Shown here: piece after piece, positions 1 to 6,109 of the stretch | Position numbering within the stretch: position 1 is the first letter of the stretch | Layout: each line of letters begins with the position of its first letter | Assembly: GCA_016872515.1 (NCBI GenBank) | Contig: VGZR01000001.1 | Location: forward strand, 80,475-144,474 | From: SAR202 cluster bacterium | GTDB lineage: Bacteria; Chloroflexota; Dehalococcoidia; Lucifugimonadales; VGZR01 | Direction: 5' to 3' | DNA: 64,000 nt | The notes under the pieces: model-generated | Told to the model about the DNA's origin: nothing | Seen by the model: the letters and a program-made list of their open reading frames with translations, nothing else | Databases searched by the model: none | Translations under genes and position numbers: made by a program

Positions 1-1
1 C

Positions 2-1936
2 GCGGGAGCCATCCTGGGCTACCTCGCCGAGAAGCAGAAGACGGCCCTCGGCCAGGTCGCCTCCCTGCGCACCTACTCGACCGCCTCGTACATGACCCTT
101 GACCCGCAGACGCGCCGCAACTTGGAGCTGTTCCAGGGAGGCCGCTGGGGGGACGCCAAGGCGTCGCTGCTGTCCGTGCTCGACCACACCCGCACCTCCA
201 TGGGCGGGCGGCTGCTGCGGACGTGGCTCGGCCAGCCGCTGCTCGACATCGCAAGACTGACCCGGCGGCAGGACGCGGTCGAGTGGTGCCACCGGAGCAC
301 GCTCCGGCGCGGGCGCGTGGTGCAGGAGATGCAGCAGGTGGCCGACCTGGAGCGGCTAGTCAACCGCGTGCGCGGCTTCACCGCCACGCCGCGCGACCTC
401 GTCTCGCTGGCGAACGGCCTGGAGGCCGCCCCGCGCATCAAGGCCATCCTGTCCGAGGGCGAGGATGCTCTCAAGGTCGCCCATCTCGCCGGGGAGATGC
501 GGTCCCATGGCGAGGTTGTGCAGCTCGTCAAGACCGCCATCGTGGACGACCCGCCGGCCACCACCGCGGACGGCGGGGCGATCCGCAGGGGCTTCTCGCA
601 CGAGCTCGACGCCATGCGCGACGCCTCCCGCGACGCCCAGGACTACATCGCCGGGCTGGAGGCTTGCGAGCGGGAGGCCACCGGCATCAAGTCGCTCAAG
701 GTCGGCTATAACAAAGTTTTCGGCTACTACATCGAGGTCACCAAGCCTCACATGGCCCAGGTGCCGCCACACTACATCCGGCGGCAGACGCTGGTGGGCG
801 GCGAGCGGTACATCACGCCGGAGATGAAGGAGTACGAGTCGCGTGTCCTGACGGCGCAGGAACGGATGGCCGAGTTGGAGGCGTCGCTGTTCCGGCAGGT
901 GTGCCAACAGGTCGGTAACGAGGCCCCGGCGGTGCTGCGGACCGCTGCGGCCATCGCCGAGGTGGACGCGCTGGCCTCGCTGGGCGAGGTGGCCTCCCAT
1001 CACGGCTACGTGCGGCCCGCGCTGGACGAGGGCGATGCCATCGCCATCAAGCAGGGGCGCCATCCGGTCGTCGAGCGGATGCTGCCTTCGGGGAGCTTCG
1101 TCCCCAACGACGCGCGGCTGTCGAACCGCGACGGCCAGTTCGTTATCCTCACCGGCCCCAATATGGCGGGCAAGTCAACCTTCATCCGCCAGGTCGCTCT
1201 TATCGTACTCATGGCCCAGGTGGGCAGTTTCGTCCCCGCCGAGTCGGCGCACATCGGCCTGGTGGACCGTATCTTCACCCGCGTCGGGCTGCAGGACGAC
1301 CTGGCCGTGGGCCAGTCCACCTTCATGGTCGAGATGGTCGAAACTGCGGCCATCCTGAACCACGCGACGCCGCACTCCCTCATCGTGCTGGACGAGATCG
1401 GGCGCGGCACCAGCACGTACGACGGCCTGGCAATCGCCCGCGCGACCGCCGAGCACATCCACAACCACCCCCGCCTCGGCTGCAAGACCCTGTTCGCCAC
1501 CCACTACCACGAGCTGACGCGGCTGGCCGACGTACTGCCCCGCGTGCGGAACTGGAGCGTGGCGGTGGCCGAGGACAAGGGCGAGGTCGTGTTCCTGCGT
1601 CGCATCGTGCCCGGCGGCGCCGACCGCAGCTACGGCGTCCACGTCGCCCGTCTGGCCGGGCTGCCCCAGAGCGTCATCCACCGCGCCTGGGAGGTCTTGG
1701 CCGAGTTGGAGAACGGCGCCCGCCAGACCCCAAACCCTAAACCCCAACCCCCAGAGTCGAGGGGAAGGGGTGTGGGATTCGGGGGCCAGTCCCCGCCTCC
1801 CGACCAGCTGCCCCTGCTGCCCATCACGCACGCCGTCGTTGAGGAGCTGCTGTCGCTCGACGTCGCCGACATGACCCCCCTGGAGGCCATCACCAAGCTC
1901 TACGAGCTCCAGGAGAAGGCAAAAGGGGAGGGGTGA
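2..1936 (+). CDS. mutS: DNA mismatch repair protein MutS (C-terminal ~644 codons; 5' end outside window)
   Basis: ORF 92..1936 stays open in the same frame back to nt 2 (AGAILGYLAEKQKTALGQV...). MutS hallmarks are present: LTGPNMAGKSTFIRQ (Walker A), VLDEIGRGTSTYDG, FATHYHELT. Stop TGA is at 1934-1936. Confidence 0.95.
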   Translation, partial: AGAILGYLAEKQKTALGQVASLRTYSTASYMTLDPQTRRNLELFQGGRWGDAKASLLSVLDHTRTSMGGRLLRTWLGQPLLDIARLTRRQDAVEWCHRSTLRRGRVVQEMQQVADLERLVNRVRGFTATPRDLVSLANGLEAAPRIKAILSEGEDALKVAHLAGEMRSHGEVVQLVKTAIVDDPPATTADGGAIRRGFSHELDAMRDASRDAQDYIAGLEACEREATGIKSLKVGYNKVFGYYIEVTKPHMAQVPPHYIRRQTLVGGERYITPEMKEYESRVLTAQERMAELEASLFRQVCQQVGNEAPAVLRTAAAIAEVDALASLGEVASHHGYVRPALDEGDAIAIKQGRHPVVERMLPSGSFVPNDARLSNRDGQFVILTGPNMAGKSTFIRQVALIVLMAQVGSFVPAESAHIGLVDRIFTRVGLQDDLAVGQSTFMVEMVETAAILNHATPHSLIVLDEIGRGTSTYDGLAIARATAEHIHNHPRLGCKTLFATHYHELTRLADVLPRVRNWSVAVAEDKGEVVFLRRIVPGGADRSYGVHVARLAGLPQSVIHRAWEVLAELENGARQTPNPKPQPPESRGRGVGFGGQSPPPDQLPLLPITHAVVEELLSLDVADMTPLEAITKLYELQEKAKGEG

Positions 1937-2500
1937 AGCGTCGGCAAGGGAAGCGCTCACCCCTACCTCAATCCTCCCCCCTCGAGGGGGGAGGACGGGT
2001 CCGGCCGCATCCGTGTTTTCGCTCACGGGCTTGGAAAGTTCGGGCGCGCGCGCCTCTCCCCCACCGGGGGAGACCACAGAGGGGGTGGATTCTCGTGACG
2101 GTTCTAATGACGGTTCAAGATACGTCGGTGGCGACGTGGAGACCATGTCGGCAGCGACAAGGGCAGGCGTCGCAGGCGACGTGGCAGCTGCATCGGAGAC
2201 GGCGTGGGGGATAGCGTCGTTTTCGACATCCTCTCCCATCCTCAGGAGGTAGATGTTCGATGTCCTCCGGCCAACGCCGTCATAGCGGGGCCGGATCTCG
2301 ATCAGGCCCTTCTCGGCGAGGATGGCGGTGTGTTTCTGGACATTTCTGGGAATCACGCTGCACAGCTCGGCGAGGCGGGCGTTGCTGGGCCAGCAGACGC
2401 CGTTCTTGTCGGCGTGGTCGGCCAGGATGATCAGCGCCGGCTTCACCGGCCCAGCCAGGCCGCGCTGCTTCACAGCCCACTCCATCGCCTTCACCGACAT
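1175..2500 (-). CDS. Phage/plasmid-type winged-helix (HTH_36-like) DNA-binding protein; no stop codon until 1175, so the tail runs antisense through mutS
   Basis: The N-terminus AMEWAVKQRGLAGPVKPALIILADHADKNGVCWPSNARLAELCSVIPRNVQKHTAILAEKGLIEIRPRY is followed by an EPSLEPS tail typical of this family. Start taken at ATG 2498-2500, preceded by GGGGGTGG. The true C-terminus is uncertain. Confidence 0.6.
   Translation of the reverse strand: MSVKAMEWAVKQRGLAGPVKPALIILADHADKNGVCWPSNARLAELCSVIPRNVQKHTAILAEKGLIEIRPRYDGVGRRTSNIYLLRMGEDVENDAIPHAVSDAAATSPATPALVAADMVSTSPPTYLEPSLEPSRESTPSVVSPGGGEARAPELSKPVSENTDAAGPVLPPRGGRIEVGVSASLADASPLPFCLLLELVELGDGLQGGHVGDVERQQLLNDGVRDGQQGQLVGRRGLAPESHTPSPRLWGLGFRVWGLAGAVLQLGQDLPGAVDDALGQPGQTGDVDAVAAVGAAGHDATQEHDLALVLGHRHAPVPHAGQYVGQPRQLVVVGGEQGLAAEAGVVVDVLGGRAGDCQAVVRAGAAPDLVQHDEGVRRRVVQDGRSFDHLDHEGGLAHGQVVLQPDAGEDTVHQADVRRLGGDETAHLGHEYDKSDLADEG
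1930..1995. repeat. Type-1 mosaic hairpin repeat, copy A (GGGGTGA...TCACCCC stem plus Y hairpin)
   Basis: GGGGTGA 1930-1936 (contains the mutS stop) pairs with TCACCCC 1957-1963. Y hairpin CCTCCCCCC-TCGA-GGGGGGAGG lies at 1973-1994. The same modules occur at 4708-4854, 5702-5823 and 55345-55475. Confidence 0.8.
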
Positions 2501-2631
2501 GCTGCGCCACCCCCTTTTTATCAGCGTAGGACGCATGTGCGGCTTTGACAACCCACCCCAAAACTGAGGTGGGTTCGCGCCGTTTGCACAACTCCAAAAG
2601 GCTGGTACACTCGCTCCCTCGGACGGCCAGC

Positions 2632-2907
2632 ATGGGAGGCGGCATGGAAGCGACGCTCAAGGTCTATGGTGCTATGACGTGCGGGGATACCCTGCGGGTG
2701 CGCCACTTTCTCAGGCTGCGCCGCATCCCCTACGAGTGGTTCGGCGTGGACGAAGACCCGGAGGCGCTCAAGCTCATCAAGCGCGTCAACAACGGCCAGA
2801 GGACGCCGCCGACCATCTTCCTCAAAGACGGGACCATCCTGTTCGAGCCCTCGGACGAGGAGCTGGCGCGCCGCTTGGGGCTCAAGCCCACGATGAGACT
2901 GGCATAG
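2632..2907 (+). CDS. Glutaredoxin/NrdH-like small thioredoxin-fold protein, monothiol variant
   Basis: ORF 2545..2907. KVYGAMTCGDTLRVRHFLRLRRIPYEWFGVDEDPEA...TPPTIFLKDGTILFEPS fits a glutaredoxin-like fold. The active-site position reads CGDT, with the second Cys replaced by Thr. Start placed at ATG 2632 (MGGGMEATLKVYG); upstream ORF codons look non-coding. Confidence 0.65.
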   Translation: MGGGMEATLKVYGAMTCGDTLRVRHFLRLRRIPYEWFGVDEDPEALKLIKRVNNGQRTPPTIFLKDGTILFEPSDEELARRLGLKPTMRLA

Positions 2908-2979
2908 CCGCCTGGCGGGGGCTGCCCGTGTTGACGCCCCCGCGCCTTCTCGGTACGCTTAGGGCAGAGGAGGCCCTAC

Positions 2980-3777
2980 ATGAAGATTGCGACAGCCGTT
3001 CCCCAGACCCCCGCCGAGGCGCGGGCGCTCATTCGCGACGGCAAGTTCCGGCGCACCACCGCGGGTGTCGCGCCGGGCCACGCGCAGGCGAACCTGGCCA
3101 TCCTGCCGAAGGACCTAGCCTTCGACTTCCTGCTGTTCTGCCAGCGCAACCCCAAGCCGTGCCCTATCCTCGAGGTCGTGGAGGCGGGGAAGACCGAGCC
3201 GAGGCTCGTCGCGCCCGGCGCCGACCTGCGCTACGACCTGCCGAAGTACCGCGTGTACCGCCACGGCAAGCTGGAGGCCGAGGTGGACGACCTGGGCGAG
3301 CAGTGGCGCGGCGACCTGGTCTCGTTCCTCCTGGGGTGCAGCTTCTCCTTCGAGAACGCGATGATGAACTCGGGCATCGAGCTGCGCCACGTCCAACGCG
3401 GCACGAACGTCTCGATGTACATCACCAACATCCAGACGACCCCCGCGGGCGTCTTCTCCGGCCCGATGGTCGTCTCGATGCGGCCCATCCCCCACGAGAA
3501 GGTCGTCAAGGCCGTCCAGGTTACCTCGCGCTACCCCAGCGTCCACGGCGCGCCGGTGCACGTCGGCGACCCGGCGGCCATCGGCATCCGCGACATCGCC
3601 AAGCCCGACTTCGGCGACGTGACCGAGATCAGGGACAGCGAGGTGCCCGTCTTCTGGGCCTGCGGCGTCACCCCCCAGGCGGTGGCGATGAAGTCCAAAC
3701 CGGCGCTTATGATCACCCACGCGCCGGGCCACATGTTCATCACTGACAAGCGCGATGAGGACTACGCGGTGATCTAG
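2980..3777 (+). CDS. DUF1445 family putative hydro-lyase (D-glutamate cyclase-type catalytic domain)
   Basis: 265-aa ORF with RBS GGCAGAGGAGG. Sequence is characteristic of the UPF0317/DUF1445 family ([69 protein letters not shown]). Confidence 0.85.
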   Translation: MKIATAVPQTPAEARALIRDGKFRRTTAGVAPGHAQANLAILPKDLAFDFLLFCQRNPKPCPILEVVEAGKTEPRLVAPGADLRYDLPKYRVYRHGKLEAEVDDLGEQWRGDLVSFLLGCSFSFENAMMNSGIELRHVQRGTNVSMYITNIQTTPAGVFSGPMVVSMRPIPHEKVVKAVQVTSRYPSVHGAPVHVGDPAAIGIRDIAKPDFGDVTEIRDSEVPVFWACGVTPQAVAMKSKPALMITHAPGHMFITDKRDEDYAVI

Positions 3778-3838
3778 GACACCCTTCTTAGAGAAAAGGC
3801 GGTAGCATCCTCCCCATCCGGTAGGCAGGAGCATCGGC

Positions 3839-4693
3839 ATGACCACCATCGAAGACATCATCCTCGACCACGACCGGCGCGGCGTCTCGCAGCTGCGACC
3901 CCATCTGCCCGCCGACTTCGCCGACCAAGCGGCCAAGGTCGTCCTCGACCACCCGGGCACGGCCGTCATCGTCGTCGGTTTCTACATCCTCTCGGCCAAG
4001 GCCACCGAGACCGACGGCCCTCCCGGCGCCATCGTCATCGGCAACGCCCTCCAGAAACTCGGCTACAAGGTCGCCTACGTGACCGACCGCTACACCGCGC
4101 CCGTCATGCGCGGCTGCGCGGGCAAGGGCGCCGAGGTCGTGGACTTCCCCATCACCGGCGTCGCCGAGAGCAAGGCGTTCACCAAGCAGCTCCTCGACCG
4201 GCTCAAGCCGTCGGTGCTCATCGCCATCGAACGGTGCGGCCTGACCGACGAAGGCGTGTACCGCAACATGCGCGGCCTGGAGATCACCGACTTCAACGCC
4301 AAGACCGACTACCTCTTCGAGGCGGGCATCCCCTCCGTCGGCATCGGCGACGGAGGCAACGAGATCGGCATGGGCAACCTCGCCGACATCATCCCCACGG
4401 TGCCGACCCTCGTGCGCAAGCCCACCCTCACCAAGGTCACCAAGCTCGTCATCGCCAGCGTCTCCAACTGGGGCGGTTACGGCCTGGCCGCGGCCATCTC
4501 GCTGCGCAAGAAGAAGAACCTGCTCATCTCGGTGAAGGAGGAACAGGACCTCCTCAAGCGCACGGTGAACCTGGGCGCGGTGGACGGCATGAGCGCCAAG
4601 CCCGAGTACAAGGCCGACGGCTTCACCATGGAGGAGAACACCGCCCTGTACCAGCGGCTCCACGACCTCCTGGCCGCCAAAGGCGTGAAGTAG
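3839..4693 (+). CDS. DUF4392 domain protein (partner domain of D-glutamate cyclase)
   Basis: 284-aa ORF lying 61 nt downstream of the DUF1445 gene. Motifs TETDGPPGA, IAIERCG, GIGDGGNEIGMGN and SVSNWGGYG match my memory of DUF4392. Confidence 0.75.
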   Translation: MTTIEDIILDHDRRGVSQLRPHLPADFADQAAKVVLDHPGTAVIVVGFYILSAKATETDGPPGAIVIGNALQKLGYKVAYVTDRYTAPVMRGCAGKGAEVVDFPITGVAESKAFTKQLLDRLKPSVLIAIERCGLTDEGVYRNMRGLEITDFNAKTDYLFEAGIPSVGIGDGGNEIGMGNLADIIPTVPTLVRKPTLTKVTKLVIASVSNWGGYGLAAAISLRKKKNLLISVKEEQDLLKRTVNLGAVDGMSAKPEYKADGFTMEENTALYQRLHDLLAAKGVK

Positions 4694-4702
4694 CGGGGAG
4701 CG

Positions 4703-5689
4703 ATGCTCTTCCTTCCCCCTCGAAGGGGGAAGGAAGACGCGGCGGCTTGGCCGGCGCGTAGGGATAGGGGTGAAGCATCAACGAAGAGAGGCATCACCCC
4801 TAGCCTTCAACGAGCTCAGGACAGGCTTTCGATCCTCCCCCTCAACGGGGAGGAGGAATGTCATGAGTCTTGCCCGCTGGCTGCCCTGGCTGCGGCGGTG
4901 CTGGCCGTCGCAGGCGTCATCATCCGGCAGGTGGGTGTGCTCGACCGCTACTTCATCTTCTTTCCCGAGCGCGAGGTTGCGGAAACCCCCTCAGACCGCG
5001 GCCTCGCCTTCGAGGATGTCTCCTTCACCGCCTCGGACGGGACGCGGCTGCATGGCTGGTACGTCCACGGCACGTCGGACGTGACCTGGCTGTGGTTCCA
5101 CGGCAATGCGGGCAACATCGCCGACTGGCTCGACGCGCTGGCCGCGCTGCACCGCAACCTCGGCGTCGCCATCTTCATCTTCGACTACCGCGGCTACGGC
5201 AAGAGCGAGGGCAGGCCGTCGGAGCGGGGGATGTACGTCGACGGCGAGGCGGCGCTGGTGTACCTGCGCTCGCGGCCCGATGTGAACGCGGACAAGGTTG
5301 TGCTCTACGGCCGGTCGCTGGGCTGCGCCGTCGCTGTCGAGATGGCCAGCCGCCACGGCGCGTATGCCCTAGTGCTGGAGTCGCCGTTCACGTCCATCAG
5401 GGCGATGGCGCGGCAGACGCTCCCCGTCCTTCCGGCGTGGCTGCTGGTGAAGAGCCGTTTCGTCTCGCTGTCGAAGATGTGTGGCATCACGGCGCCGTTG
5501 CTGGTCGTTCATCCGGAGAACGACGAGGTCGTGCCCATCGCGATGGGGTGGGAGGTGCATGAGGCGGCGGGAGGGCCGAGGCGCTTCTTCGTCGCCGAGG
5601 GCGCGCTGCACAACGACCAGCACCTGGCCGGCGGCGACCCCTACTTCGCGGCGCTGCGCGACTTCCTGGCGTCGGTTGGCGAGGGGTAA
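4703..5689 (+). CDS. Alpha/beta-fold hydrolase (serine hydrolase); start codon uncertain
   Basis: Has the HGNAGN oxyanion region, nucleophile elbow GRSLGC, and later ENDEVV and ALHND (Asp/His). The first ~50 codons of the ORF run through repeat copy B, so the true start is probably internal (e.g. GTG 4898). The only SD-preceded ATG (4863) is in another frame. Confidence 0.8.
   Translation: MLFLPPRRGKEDAAAWPARRDRGEASTKRGITPSLQRAQDRLSILPLNGEEECHESCPLAALAAAVLAVAGVIIRQVGVLDRYFIFFPEREVAETPSDRGLAFEDVSFTASDGTRLHGWYVHGTSDVTWLWFHGNAGNIADWLDALAALHRNLGVAIFIFDYRGYGKSEGRPSERGMYVDGEAALVYLRSRPDVNADKVVLYGRSLGCAVAVEMASRHGAYALVLESPFTSIRAMARQTLPVLPAWLLVKSRFVSLSKMCGITAPLLVVHPENDEVVPIAMGWEVHEAAGGPRRFFVAEGALHNDQHLAGGDPYFAALRDFLASVGEG
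4708..4854. repeat. Type-1 mosaic hairpin repeat, copy B (X hairpin, 40-nt linker, long stem, Y hairpin)
   Basis: X is a 12-bp stem CTTCCTTCCCCC/GGGGGAAGGAAG at 4708-4736. The linker is 4737-4776. GGGGTGA 4767-4773 pairs with TCACCCC 4794-4800. Y stem TCCTCCCC/GGGGAGGA lies at 4833-4854. Confidence 0.85.
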
Positions 5690-5701
5690 GGGGCCATACG
5701 T

Positions 5702-5823
5702 TCCTTCCCCCTTTGAGGGGGGAAGGAGTACGCGGCGGCCTGGCCGGCGCGTAGGGATGGGGGTGAAGCGTCTGTAGGGGGATATGTCACCCCTACCTCA
5801 ATCCTCCCCCTCAAGGGGGAGGA
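5702..5823. repeat. Type-1 mosaic hairpin repeat, copy C
   Basis: X hairpin is at 5702-5727. Linker 5730-5769 differs from 4737-4776 at 2 of 40 nt. GGGGTGA...TCACCCC spans 5760-5793. Y hairpin TCCTCCCCC-TCAA-GGGGGAGGA lies at 5802-5823, about 10 nt past the rpsT stop. Confidence 0.85.
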
Positions 5824-5833
5824 ACGCCGTGGG

Positions 5834-6094
5834 CTACGCCTTCTTCTTGGAGGCGTTGAACTGGCGCATCAGGCGCGACTTGCGGCGTGCGGCGTTGGCC
5901 TTGTGGAGGGCGCCCTTCTGGACCGCCTTGTCCAGCGCCACGATGGCCGCCTTGGCGTTCTGCTCTGCCGCGGCCGCATCGCCGGCCTCGATGGCGGACC
6001 GCGTCCGGGTCACGTACGTCTTGGCCTTGGTGCGCAGCGGCAGGTTCCGGAGGTGGCCGCTCTTGGCGACCCGGGCTGATTTGGCGCTTGGCAA
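5834..6094 (-). CDS. rpsT: 30S ribosomal protein S20
   Basis: 86-aa basic, Ala/Lys-rich ORF MPSAKSARVAKSGHLRNLPLRTKAKTYVTRTR...HKANAARRKSRL, a typical S20 sequence. Confidence 0.9.
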   Translation of the reverse strand: MPSAKSARVAKSGHLRNLPLRTKAKTYVTRTRSAIEAGDAAAAEQNAKAAIVALDKAVQKGALHKANAARRKSRLMRQFNASKKKA

Positions 6095-6109
6095 GGTTCC
6101 TGTCCTCCT

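Noticed and set aside
4770-5084. 104-aa plus-strand ORF whose internal ATG 4863 has a perfect Shine-Dalgarno.
   Set aside because: Its translation (…MSLARWLPWLRRCWPSQASSSGRW…) is non-protein-like and overlaps the clearly coding hydrolase frame. It is kept only as part of the start-codon anomaly finding.
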